Part shown: one piece after another, positions 35,734-44,479 of the stretch
Layout: each line of letters opens with the position of its first letter
Position numbering within the stretch: position 1 is the first letter of the stretch
NCBI GenBank assembly: GCA_000997945.1
Contig: LCCP01000003.1
Span: 1-61,760 of the forward strand
DNA: 61,760 nt
Reading direction: 5' to 3'
Source of the DNA: Parcubacteria group bacterium GW2011_GWC2_42_12
GTDB lineage: Bacteria; Patescibacteriota; Patescibacteriia; Patescibacteriales; GWC2-42-12
The notes under the pieces: model-generated
What the model was told of the DNA's origin: nothing
Database searches by the model: none
The model's input: the letters and a program-made list of their open reading frames with translations, nothing else
Position numbers and translations under genes: made by a program

Positions 35734-37611
35734 TTATCGCCCGCCTGCGCCGGGAATTCTGATGGCATTAAAACCGCCAATATTACCAGTTCTCTGGGTG
35801 GCGGTCGTATTACTGGAACTTACAGTTTGGGTTACAATTATTTCGCCTTCGCTTAAACCGCTGGTAATTTCCATACTTGTGTCATTGGCCAAACCGATTT
35901 GCACGGTCCGCGCTTGCGGTTGGCCGGCGGCATCTAGCGTCTGAACATAATAACCGCCGTTAGCATCCGTTTTCACGGCTGAATTGGCGATTGATAAAAC
36001 ATCGGTTTTGGAATCGGTGATAATCGTGGCGTTAACGCTCATACCCGACTTAACCCGGCTGTCCTGAGTATCAAAAACAATTTTAAAATTATAGGTCACT
36101 ACGCCCTGGCTTACCGTGCCGATAGTATCTAAATCGGCGACTCGGCCGGTTATTTCCAGCCCGTCAATGGCGTCAAAAGTCATGATGGCTTTTTGGCCCA
36201 GCTTAATTTTAGCCGCGTCAACTTCATTTAAAGAAAGTTCGGCGATTTGCTGCTTGGTGACAATAGTGGCGATCGCCGAGCCGCCGACCGCGTCGCCAAT
36301 TTTAACATTTACCGCCGCAATCACCCCGTCGAAGGGCGCTTTAATGGTGTAATCGGCCAAAGCGGATTGCGCATCATAAAGCGCGTTGCGCTTTTGCTGT
36401 AGCGATAATTCTTGAGATCTAATATCCAAGGGGTCAGCGCCGGCCTTTAGCTTAATTAACGAAACCTGTTTCTCTTTAACCGAAGCCTCGGCCGCCGCTA
36501 AGTCAAACGGATTATTTTGTTCTATCTCTTTCAGACTACTCTTAGCGCTTATTAAGGCGTTATTATCATTTTGAATCGCGCTCTGGGTTGATAATAGATT
36601 AGATAAATGGCCGTTGGTCTGGCCGATATAAGTCGCTAAGTTAGTTTGATATTCTTTAACTTTGGAAAAAATTGTCAGGTCAAATTTGGACATCAAATCG
36701 ACCCAGACATCAAGATAATTGCTCTCGCTCTTAGCGCTTTGGGCGATTAATTTTGTAGTTTCTAAAGTTTCTGCCAGCAAAGATTCTATAATTAGCCGAT
36801 CAGAATAGCGACTAGCATTTCTATAATTCAAAAAACTAACGGCATATTTTTCTTGAGCGATTTTATAATCACTCTCCGCATTTAATTGAGAAGATTTTAA
36901 ATAGATTTTCTCTTCGCTAAACGTTTCAATTATACTATTCTCTAAAAGACTGATATTACCATAACTCTGGCCGATAGTTGGATCGCTCTCACTTATATCA
37001 TCGCTATATAAAATATTATTCATTCCAGTCATTATAGTCGGTAGATCCAAATAAACATTAGAAATGGTATTTAAAGCGTCTTCATAAGTTTTATTTAGAT
37101 TGTCTTCGGCCTTCTTCTGATTATCAATCGCTGTTTGATAATCGACCAGTTGCGATAATTTTAATTTTTCCAAACTTGTCTTGGCGTTCGTTAAAGCGTT
37201 TTCCGCCTGCATCAGCGAATAGCTGTCAACAGGTTGTTTCAATTTATCCAATGACAGCTGGGCGGTTTCCATGCTGGTCTGCGCGTCTCTAACCGTTTTA
37301 TAGACATCAGTAGCGTCAATTTGCGCTATTAAATCTCCGGCCTTTACTTCTTGACCGCTGGCGACCGCAATTTTCGTAATATCGCCGGAAACTTTTGGCG
37401 TAATATCAACTTGGTTGGAGGCGGCAATCTGACCGCTTGAAGAAACCGAAACGATTAATGTTCCTTTTTCTACCGCCGCGGCGACATAGCTTGTTTTGAT
37501 ATTACTGCCTTTAAATTTACCATAGCCGTAATAGCCGCCGAAAATTATTACCGCCAGCAAAATAATAGAGATAATTTTATGCTTTTTAAACTTGGCAATC
37601 AGTTTACTCAT
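35734..37611 (-). CDS. HlyD/MacA-family periplasmic adaptor with extended coiled coil
   Basis: Has an N-terminal TM helix, a lipoyl-like VKAGDLIAQID motif, a very long alpha-hairpin and a beta-barrel C-terminus. Confidence 0.8.
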   Translation of the reverse strand: MSKLIAKFKKHKIISIILLAVIIFGGYYGYGKFKGSNIKTSYVAAAVEKGTLIVSVSSSGQIAASNQVDITPKVSGDITKIAVASGQEVKAGDLIAQIDATDVYKTVRDAQTSMETAQLSLDKLKQPVDSYSLMQAENALTNAKTSLEKLKLSQLVDYQTAIDNQKKAEDNLNKTYEDALNTISNVYLDLPTIMTGMNNILYSDDISESDPTIGQSYGNISLLENSIIETFSEEKIYLKSSQLNAESDYKIAQEKYAVSFLNYRNASRYSDRLIIESLLAETLETTKLIAQSAKSESNYLDVWVDLMSKFDLTIFSKVKEYQTNLATYIGQTNGHLSNLLSTQSAIQNDNNALISAKSSLKEIEQNNPFDLAAAEASVKEKQVSLIKLKAGADPLDIRSQELSLQQKRNALYDAQSALADYTIKAPFDGVIAAVNVKIGDAVGGSAIATIVTKQQIAELSLNEVDAAKIKLGQKAIMTFDAIDGLEITGRVADLDTIGTVSQGVVTYNFKIVFDTQDSRVKSGMSVNATIITDSKTDVLSIANSAVKTDANGGYYVQTLDAAGQPQARTVQIGLANDTSMEITSGLSEGEIIVTQTVSSSNTTATQRTGNIGGFNAIRIPGAGGR

Positions 37612-37616
37612 ATTTT

Positions 37617-38123
37617 TTATTTTAAGTCGGCGTTAGTGTCGGTGGCGTTTTCATTATTAGCGTTATTAAACATTGGCGCCGGCATAACCCGAATAAGTCT
37701 TGCTTCCACTTGCCCCTGATTATTCGGTCGGCCGATTACCACAATATAATCGTCAACTCTTAAATCAGCTATTTTCAAACTTTGGTTAAATTTTTGAATG
37801 GCGGTCTGATCATTAATGACAATTGTTTTTTCAACATTATCCGGCCCTTTAACGACGAGACTATTGCCTTCAATTTTAATGATTTGGCCAAAGCCGCTAT
37901 GAGCGTTAAATTCCGGCCGGCCAAAATCCATCATACCGCGCCCGCGCCCGCCCGGTCCGATAATATTACGGTAATAATTCTCCCCCCAATTTCTGGAAAA
38001 CCTGCCTTTTTCGTGGCCGACTAAGACGCCGGCAGAAAACACAAAGACCAAGACGACCATGGTTGCTAAAATGATTAATAGCTTATTGAGGTGCGTCGGT
38101 TTAAACATTTCTTTTAAACTCAT
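37617..38123 (-). CDS. Membrane-anchored beta-rich protein (DUF5666-like)
   Basis: Has a TM helix and the VVIGRPNNQGQVEARLIRV motif, similar in type to the protein at 33283. Confidence 0.55.
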   Translation of the reverse strand: MSLKEMFKPTHLNKLLIILATMVVLVFVFSAGVLVGHEKGRFSRNWGENYYRNIIGPGGRGRGMMDFGRPEFNAHSGFGQIIKIEGNSLVVKGPDNVEKTIVINDQTAIQKFNQSLKIADLRVDDYIVVIGRPNNQGQVEARLIRVMPAPMFNNANNENATDTNADLK

Positions 38124-38145
38124 AAATTTAAATATTACTTAATTA

Positions 38146-38236
38146 AGCAGTCGGCTGGATTAATAATTTTTTGAAGTGAGGATTGTCTGAGCGAAGCGAG
38201 TTCCGCAACGAAAAAAATTATTAATCCAGCCGACTG
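38146..38236 (+). repeat. Hairpin element family A, copy A4 (minimal form)
   Basis: Has 26-bp arms gcagtcggctggattaataatttttt / aaaaaattattaatccagccgactgc. The core is GAGGATTGTCTGAGC-gaa-GCGAGTTCCGCAA. Confidence 0.88.
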
Positions 38237-38238
38237 CG

Positions 38239-38646
38239 TCAAATTTCTATCTTTTTGTAATCGCTATAAGCATCCTCCAGCTTGGCAATATAGAAAATAA
38301 CTGCCAACATGGCGGACAACGCCAGCGGCAAACTAACAATTGGGGCTGATTCTAAAAGAGTTAAAGTGTAATCGCCAACATTGGCCATGACTATATTTAA
38401 ATCAGTAGATAACAATGATAAAAATTGCATCAAACCTGATTGAACAATATCGGCATATAGTTTAAAAGTAAGGGGGATGAAAACAAAAGAAGATAATAAT
38501 AAACCAGCCGACCGTAAGATTAGCCGTCTTTTTAATATCATTAATTTCTGCTCACGACTTATTCGATTGATTATCCGATCATACAGATCGGCGCTGGGTT
38601 CTATTAGCATATTGTTAATACGATAAGGTGAACCGTTTTGGTTCAC
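38239..38646 (-). CDS. Putative anti-sigma factor (membrane protein)
   Basis: Overlaps the upstream ECF sigma gene by 4 nt. It has TM helices after a short cytoplasmic N-terminus. Confidence 0.45.
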   Translation of the reverse strand: MNQNGSPYRINNMLIEPSADLYDRIINRISREQKLMILKRRLILRSAGLLLSSFVFIPLTFKLYADIVQSGLMQFLSLLSTDLNIVMANVGDYTLTLLESAPIVSLPLALSAMLAVIFYIAKLEDAYSDYKKIEI

Positions 38647-39203
38647 TTTTTAATTAGCTTCTTCAATTTTTGCAGCGCCCGCCGATTTCGACTCTTTATG
38701 GTTTCAATTGATTCCTGCAAAATTTCGGCAATCTCCCTAAATTTATAGCCGCTCTGATAATATAATTTAACAGTCTCTCGATATTTTTTAGGTAATTTAT
38801 CAACCGCGGCATTCACCCTATCGGTGTTCTGCGCTGTTTCCAGTTCGGCTTGAGGCGACAGACCGGCTTCTTTAATAAAATTTTCAAATAACAAATTATC
38901 GTCGGTCAGATTAAGCTCGGAAAAACTTATGGCCTTATTCTTTTTCAAATAATCCAGACTGGTATTTTTAGCGATGGTATAGAGCCAATTTTTAAATCTA
39001 TACCGGCTGTCAAACTTCTTTATCTTCCGCCAAACCTTAACGAAAACTTCCTGGGTCAGATCATCGGCCACGGCCGTATCTTTAACCAAGCTTAAGGCAT
39101 AATTAAAAATCGGCGTTAAATAGCGCTTAATTAAAATATTAAGTGCTTCTCTATCGCCTTTTAAATACGCCTCTACTAGTTGTTCGTCAATTAGCTTCTC
39201 CAT
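38643..39203 (-). CDS. ECF-type RNA polymerase sigma-70 factor
   Basis: Region 2 (DLTQEVFVKVW, FKNWLYTIA) and region 4 (YQSGYKFREIAEIL) are recognisable. Confidence 0.9.
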   Translation of the reverse strand: MEKLIDEQLVEAYLKGDREALNILIKRYLTPIFNYALSLVKDTAVADDLTQEVFVKVWRKIKKFDSRYRFKNWLYTIAKNTSLDYLKKNKAISFSELNLTDDNLLFENFIKEAGLSPQAELETAQNTDRVNAAVDKLPKKYRETVKLYYQSGYKFREIAEILQESIETIKSRNRRALQKLKKLIKK

Positions 39204-39235
39204 AATTAGCTAAGTTTTAATTTTAGATGAAAAAT

Positions 39236-39264
39236 TGGCTAAAAGCAAACCGTACTTTATAATA
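39236..39264 (+). promoter_or_regulatory. Promoter TTGGCT-N17-TATAAT
   Basis: Lies upstream of the SPFH gene. Confidence 0.5.
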
Positions 39265-39325
39265 TTGCTTTCCTGTTTAGCTTCTGCTAACATTAAACTA
39301 TTAATAACTCTTAACTTAAAACTCT

Positions 39326-40093
39326 ATGTTGTGGCTTAATGTTTTAATCTTCGTACTCGTTTTCGCGGTCTTGCCCGGTTTTAGAATCGTGCAGCAATAT
39401 GAGAAAGGCGTGGTTTTTTTCTTAGGTAAAATTGTCGCCGTTAGAGAGCCGGGCCTGAATTGGATCATCCCCTATTTTCAATGGATGCGCAAGGTTGATT
39501 TTAGAACTCTAACCATGCCGATTCCGCCGCAAAGAATTATTACCAAAGACAATGTTTCCCTGGACATCTCGGCCGTGGCTTATTTTAAAATCGTGGACGC
39601 CATAAAAAGCATTGTGGCCATTGAAAATGTGCGCCAAGCCATTGATCAAATCGCCCAGACTACGGTGAGGAATATTGTCGGCCGCTTTCAATTAGACGAA
39701 GTTCTGTCCGAACGGAACGCCATCAATAAAGAAATCGGCACGGTCTTAGACGCTCATACCGAACCCTGGGGCGTAGTCGTCTCGCTCGTGGAAATAAAAG
39801 ACATTGAACTGCCGGAGAATATGCAGCGCGCCATGGCCAAGCAAGCCGAAGCCGAGCGAGAAAAGCGCTCTAAAATCATCGCGGCCGAAGGCGAACTTCT
39901 GGCTTCAGAGAAATTAGGCCAGGCCGCGGACGTTATGGCCGCGCACCCCATCGCTTTACAATTAAGAAATCTCCAGACCCTGGCTGAAATCAGCGTGGAA
40001 AAAAATTCCACGATCATTTTCCCGGCCCAAATGATGAGCACGGTAGACGACATAAAAAAATTCATCGCCAAAGAGCAAGCGACAAAAAGTTAA
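39326..40093 (+). CDS. SPFH/Band 7 (stomatin-like) protein
   Basis: Has an N-terminal TM helix and a [18 protein letters not shown]...[16 protein letters not shown] stomatin signature region. Confidence 0.9.
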   Translation: MLWLNVLIFVLVFAVLPGFRIVQQYEKGVVFFLGKIVAVREPGLNWIIPYFQWMRKVDFRTLTMPIPPQRIITKDNVSLDISAVAYFKIVDAIKSIVAIENVRQAIDQIAQTTVRNIVGRFQLDEVLSERNAINKEIGTVLDAHTEPWGVVVSLVEIKDIELPENMQRAMAKQAEAEREKRSKIIAAEGELLASEKLGQAADVMAAHPIALQLRNLQTLAEISVEKNSTIIFPAQMMSTVDDIKKFIAKEQATKS

Positions 40094-40207
40094 ATTAAGT
40101 TTCCATTATTATAAAAATAAATACGCCAGAGATCTCGTACGAGAATTCTGGCGTATTTACCAAAAAAAACTGCGAGTTATGGGCTACGAGATATGAGTCA
40201 AAAAAAT

Positions 40208-40236
40208 TTGCCCTATTTCATATGATTTGTTAAAAT
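40208..40236 (+). promoter_or_regulatory. Promoter TTGCCC-N17-(TGt)TAAAAT
   Basis: Extended -10 promoter upstream of the dCMP deaminase gene. Confidence 0.5.
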
Positions 40237-40276
40237 GAAATAACTCATAACTACTAACTATTTAACAAAAATTTAT

Positions 40277-40789
40277 ATGGTTGAAGTTAAGCACGCCTCA
40301 CGGCTAAGCTGGGATGAAACCTTTATGAATTTAGCGTTCTTAATCGCGCAAAGAACCGCCTGCAAATATCATGTAGTTGGCGCGGTTTTCGTTGACGAAA
40401 GAAAAAGGATTGTTTCGGTCGGCTATAACGGACCATCCGAGGGCGATTACCACGGCACCGAAGTCGGTTGCGCGAAGATCGACGGCAACCCCAAGACCAA
40501 AAAACTGGAGCGCTGCCGCGGCGTGCACGCGGAAATCAACGGCATAATCAATTCACAAAATACCGAACGCTTGCGCGGCGCCACGCTTTATACCACCTTT
40601 TTCCCCTGCTATGATTGCCTGAAAGCTTTAAATAACGCCGGTATTAAAGAAATCGTCTATAATGATATCTACCGACGCATCCAAACCGGTGGTGAAAAGA
40701 TTGAAGAAGAAAATGAGGCCTGGGATTTAGCTAAACGCCGCGGCATAAAAATCAGGAAATACGAAGGGAAAACTTATTTAAATATCTAA
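40277..40789 (+). CDS. comEB: dCMP deaminase (ComEB family)
   Basis: Carries the HAEINGI and PCYDC zinc-binding motifs. Confidence 0.9.
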   Translation: MVEVKHASRLSWDETFMNLAFLIAQRTACKYHVVGAVFVDERKRIVSVGYNGPSEGDYHGTEVGCAKIDGNPKTKKLERCRGVHAEINGIINSQNTERLRGATLYTTFFPCYDCLKALNNAGIKEIVYNDIYRRIQTGGEKIEEENEAWDLAKRRGIKIRKYEGKTYLNI

Positions 40790-40814
40790 TATCATCGCGG
40801 GCGACTTCCTAACT

Positions 40815-40991
40815 TGTCATTGCGAGGAGGAGCGACAGCGACGACGCGGCAATCTCTGGTAAGAAGCGCCAAGCGATTAAACTGAAGATCTCTCTTAAAA
40901 AAATTAAACTTCTTGATTAGGCACTTTATTTATTATTGTTTTTCTTCCTAACCAGAGATTACTTCGGTCGCTCACGCTCCCCGCAATGACA
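40815..40991. repeat. MITE, tgtcattgcgag family (copy C3)
   Basis: tgtcattgcgaggagg...ggcaatctctgg / ccagagatt...ccccgcaatgaca. The interior is similar to C1. Confidence 0.8.
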
Positions 40992-41000
40992 AATAAACAT

Positions 41001-41570
41001 ATGATCCTGGGCATAAAAAAACTACACGAACTAGTTAAAGAAATAAAATTAGTGGAAAATCTCTGCGAGCGGGAAATGAATAGCCCCGAAGGCGCGGGTT
41101 TTGATTTGCGCTTGGGTGAAATTTACGAGCTGGATGGCCCTTCGACTGGCTCAGAACAGGCGGGCTTTTTAGGCGTTGAGGAGAGGGATACGCCGAAAAT
41201 TAAATTAGTCGGCGCCCATGATTCGGCAAAACCGGAAACGGAAAATTTCTTTATCTTTAAGCCGGGTAAATACTATTTAATTAAAACCATGGAAAAAGTT
41301 AATCTGCCCACTATTCTCTCCGGCATAATTTTTCCCCGAACTACTATGTTCCGTTCCGGCTTAGGGCTATTTAACGGCATCGTCCAGCCCGGCTACTGCG
41401 GTGAACTAACGTTTGGTATCTGCAATTTAGGCCAGAGCGACATTAAAATTTCCTTTGGCGCGCGCGTCGTGCATATTACTTTTCATGAAGTCTTAGGCGC
41501 GGGTAACGAATATCGCGGCCAATGGCAAGGCGGTAGAGTCGCCACCGAGGGTAAAGAAACGCAAGTTTAA
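41001..41570 (+). CDS. dcd: dCTP deaminase / dUTPase-superfamily protein
   Basis: Has GAGFDLRLG and PGYCGELTF motifs. An alternative ATG at 40986 lies in the MITE end. It carries an in-frame PSTGSEQ palindrome insert. Confidence 0.8.
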   Translation: MILGIKKLHELVKEIKLVENLCEREMNSPEGAGFDLRLGEIYELDGPSTGSEQAGFLGVEERDTPKIKLVGAHDSAKPETENFFIFKPGKYYLIKTMEKVNLPTILSGIIFPRTTMFRSGLGLFNGIVQPGYCGELTFGICNLGQSDIKISFGARVVHITFHEVLGAGNEYRGQWQGGRVATEGKETQV

Positions 41571-41583
41571 GCATATTAATTAT

Positions 41584-42573
41584 ATGAGTCAAATCCACCC
41601 CGAATATCAATATTTAAATCTACTTAAGGACATTTTAGATAATGGCGTTAAGCAGGAAGACAAGGGCACCGGCGCTATTACTTATAGCGTTTTCGGCCGG
41701 CAAATCCGCTTTGACTTAAGCAAAGGTTTTCCCCTCTTAACAACAAAAAAAGTCTTCTGGAAAGGCGTGCTTTACGAACTTTACTGGTTCTTATCCGGCC
41801 AATCCAATATAAAATTTCTAGTGGATAATAATGTCCATATTTGGGACGACTATCCATACAAAATTTATAGAGAGCTAATGGCCAGGGGAGTGGAGCCGGA
41901 ACTAACGCAGGAGGAATTCATTAAAAAAATCGCCGCTGATAATGGTTTCGCTAAAAAATACGGCGAGCTTAAAAATATTTATGGCCAAATGTGGCGGCGC
42001 TGGCCGGCCAAAGACGGCCGCGCCATTGATCAGGTGCAATGGCTGGTTCAAGAACTGAAAAAAGATCCTGACGCCCATAACGCATTGGTAAATTCCTGGA
42101 ATCCGGAATACCTATACCAGATGGCCAAGCCGGAAGAGGCCTGCCGCTTCCCGATCTGCCATAATATGTATCAGTGCAATGTAAAAAACGGCCGATTATC
42201 TTTGCAGCTATACCAAAGAACAGCCGATATGTTCCTAGGCGTGCCGTTCAACATCGCCAGCTACGCTTTACTTGCTCTGATTCTAGCTCAAGTTACCGGC
42301 AATAAACCGGGAGAGTTTATCCATTCGTTTGGCGACGCGCATATCTATAGCAACCATATTAAACAGGTGAAAGAGCAATTAACCAGAGAACCAAAGCCGT
42401 TCCCGACTTTAACGATTGACGAACGCGTTAAAACCATTGATGATTTCCAGCCCGAACATGCCAAGCTGGAAAACTATGAAGCGCATCCGCCGATTAAAGC
42501 CGAACTGACGCCGACCGGCGGCCTGGCCACCGGCAACTGGAAAGACTTTGTTAAAAATAAATTGAAAAAATAA
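41584..42573 (+). CDS. thyA: Thymidylate synthase (ThyA, long form)
   Basis: Has WNP, catalytic ICH, LGVPFNIASYALL and GDAHIYSNH motifs. A ~50-aa insert resembles long-form TS enzymes. Confidence 0.92.
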   Translation: MSQIHPEYQYLNLLKDILDNGVKQEDKGTGAITYSVFGRQIRFDLSKGFPLLTTKKVFWKGVLYELYWFLSGQSNIKFLVDNNVHIWDDYPYKIYRELMARGVEPELTQEEFIKKIAADNGFAKKYGELKNIYGQMWRRWPAKDGRAIDQVQWLVQELKKDPDAHNALVNSWNPEYLYQMAKPEEACRFPICHNMYQCNVKNGRLSLQLYQRTADMFLGVPFNIASYALLALILAQVTGNKPGEFIHSFGDAHIYSNHIKQVKEQLTREPKPFPTLTIDERVKTIDDFQPEHAKLENYEAHPPIKAELTPTGGLATGNWKDFVKNKLKK

Positions 42574-42583
42574 TAAATTTTTA

Positions 42584-42685
42584 TGTCATTGCGAGGAGCG
42601 CAACGAAGTGGAGCGACGAAGCAATCTCCGACGCCAATATATGTTTGTGAGATTGCTTCGCTCCTTGCAGTCGCTCGCAATGACA
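42584..42685. repeat. MITE, tgtcattgcgag family (copy C4, short)
   Basis: tgtcattgcgaggagcg...gcaatctcc / gtgagattgc...ctcgcaatgaca. Confidence 0.8.
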
Positions 42686-42695
42686 ATCGTATATT

Positions 42696-43175
42696 ATGAT
42701 TTCTATTATCTGCATTATCGCCAAAAACCGCGCCATCGGCTTTAAAAACAAGCTGCTTTATGATATTCCGGAAGACATGAAGCATTTTAAGAAAATTACC
42801 TCGGGCCAGGTGGTAATCATGGGCGAAAGGACTTTCCATTCCATGAATGACCGACCTCTGCCTAACCGGGTTAACATTATTGTGACGCTGGATAAAAACT
42901 TTAAAGCGGAGAATTGCTTAGTCGCCTACTCTATGAAAGAATCAATTGAATTGGGTAAAGCGCAAAAAGGCAAGGAAATATTCTTTATCGGCGGCGGACA
43001 AATTTATAAGCAAGCTCTGCCCCTGGCCGATAAACTCTATCTCACGGTCGTGGACGACGAACCCAAGGAAGCCGACACTTTTTTCCCGGATTACAGCGAA
43101 TTCAAAACCGTGGCTTCGGAAAAAAAATTAACGGCCAGCGGCTATAACATTGCTTTTTTGGAATTAACTAAATAA
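42696..43175 (+). CDS. folA: Dihydrofolate reductase
   Basis: Has MISIICIIAKNRAIG, VIMGERTF and IGGGQIY motifs. Confidence 0.9.
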   Translation: MISIICIIAKNRAIGFKNKLLYDIPEDMKHFKKITSGQVVIMGERTFHSMNDRPLPNRVNIIVTLDKNFKAENCLVAYSMKESIELGKAQKGKEIFFIGGGQIYKQALPLADKLYLTVVDDEPKEADTFFPDYSEFKTVASEKKLTASGYNIAFLELTK

Positions 43176-43177
43176 GT

Positions 43178-43780
43178 ATGAAAACAAATAAAAAAGTTAT
43201 CGCTATTGTCGGCCTGCCGGGTTCGGGGAAAACTGAAGTGGGAAAATTCTTTATTGATTTGGGCTTTCAACCTATCCGCTTAGGCCAGCTTACGCTTGAT
43301 GAAGTGAGAAAAAAAGGGTTAGCGCCGGGCGAAGCCAGCGAACGCCCGGTCAGGGAGGCGATTAGGAAAAAATACGGTATGGCGGCCTATGCCTCGCTTA
43401 ATTTTCCTAGAATAGATCTTCTACTGAAAAAAAATCTAGTCGTGGTTGACGGTCTGTATAGCTGGGAAGAATATGTGGAGTTTAAAAAAAAGTATGGAAA
43501 AAAAATAACCGTCATCGCGGTCTACGCTTCTCCAAAAACCAGATACACTAGACTCGCCGCCAGAAAATGGGATAAGAAAAATGACCTTAAGATGGTCAAT
43601 CGACCATATACCGAAGAGCAGGCCAAAAAAAGAGATTACGCGGAAATCAGCGGCCTGCATACCGGCGGCCCGATTGCCATGGCTGATTTTACTATTATCA
43701 ACCAAGGTTCAAAAGCTAAATTGCATAAAGATCTAAAAACGGTTTGTCCTTTGATTAACAAAGGTTCGAAAACGGAATAA
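43178..43780 (+). CDS. P-loop nucleotide kinase (dephospho-CoA kinase / UPF0200-like)
   Basis: Has the Walker A GLPGSGKT and a small kinase-like size. It sits in the thymidylate cluster. Confidence 0.55.
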   Translation: MKTNKKVIAIVGLPGSGKTEVGKFFIDLGFQPIRLGQLTLDEVRKKGLAPGEASERPVREAIRKKYGMAAYASLNFPRIDLLLKKNLVVVDGLYSWEEYVEFKKKYGKKITVIAVYASPKTRYTRLAARKWDKKNDLKMVNRPYTEEQAKKRDYAEISGLHTGGPIAMADFTIINQGSKAKLHKDLKTVCPLINKGSKTE

Positions 43781-43836
43781 CTTTATAAAAATAAAATCTA
43801 AACAAGGAGGGCGCCAAGAGCGCCCTTTTATCGTCT

Positions 43837-44439
43837 ATGGATAATAATTATCCGGGAAAATTCATCGTTCTATATGGCATCAATAATCTAGGTAAAACCA
43901 CCCAGACCAGAATATTGGTTGATAAACTTAAGCTACACGGCTTAAAGGCCGAGTATTTAAAATATCCGGTCTACGACCTAGCGCCCTCGGGTCCGATTTT
44001 AAACAACTACCTAAGGCAGAATAATCTATACAATCTCTCGGCCAGGGAGGTGCAAATTCTTTACGCTTTTAACCGCCTGCAATTTGAAAAAACCTTAGTG
44101 GAAAAATTAGCGCAAGGCATAAATATTGTGGCCGAAGATTATACCGGCACCGGCCTTGCCTGGGGTTTGGCCGCCGGCGTCAATGAAAACTTTTTAAAAT
44201 ATATAAATTCCGGCTTAATTAAAGAAGATCTGGCCTTTCTCTTTGACGGCGAGCGTTTTCTTGAATCAATCGAATATAACCATCAGCATGAAACCGATAA
44301 TCGGTTTATTACCAAAGCCAGAATCGCGCATCTGCGGCTTGGCTATGAATACGGCTGGGTCATAATCAACGCCAATCAATCGATTAAGCAAATTCATGAT
44401 AAAATTTGGAATCAAGTTCTTAAACTGCTAATGAGCTAA
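43837..44439 (+). CDS. tmk: Thymidylate kinase-like protein
   Basis: FIVLYGINNLGKTTQ P-loop and about 200 aa, as in dTMP kinases. Confidence 0.72.
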   Translation: MDNNYPGKFIVLYGINNLGKTTQTRILVDKLKLHGLKAEYLKYPVYDLAPSGPILNNYLRQNNLYNLSAREVQILYAFNRLQFEKTLVEKLAQGINIVAEDYTGTGLAWGLAAGVNENFLKYINSGLIKEDLAFLFDGERFLESIEYNHQHETDNRFITKARIAHLRLGYEYGWVIINANQSIKQIHDKIWNQVLKLLMS

Positions 44440-44479
44440 ACCAATTTACATTTAGCTAGCTTTGAGTTAAAATATAGAC

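Noticed and set aside
38172-38210. The family A core as a hammerhead-like ribozyme, from the superficial pattern CUGU..GAG-stem-CGAG.
   Set aside because: It lacks the invariant CUGANGA and GAAA core nucleotides and the three-way junction geometry.
41584-42573. The ThyA homologue as a phage-type dCMP/dUMP hydroxymethylase, which would make the cluster a DNA hypermodification system.
   Set aside because: The catalytic Cys, the Asn of PFNIASY (Asp in dCMP hydroxymethylases) and GDAHIYSNH all match canonical thymidylate synthase. DHFR is adjacent, as expected for ThyA.
42474-42839. A 121-aa minus-strand ORF spanning the thyA end, a MITE and the folA start.
   Set aside because: It is a translation of a repeat element plus the antisense of two well-supported genes.
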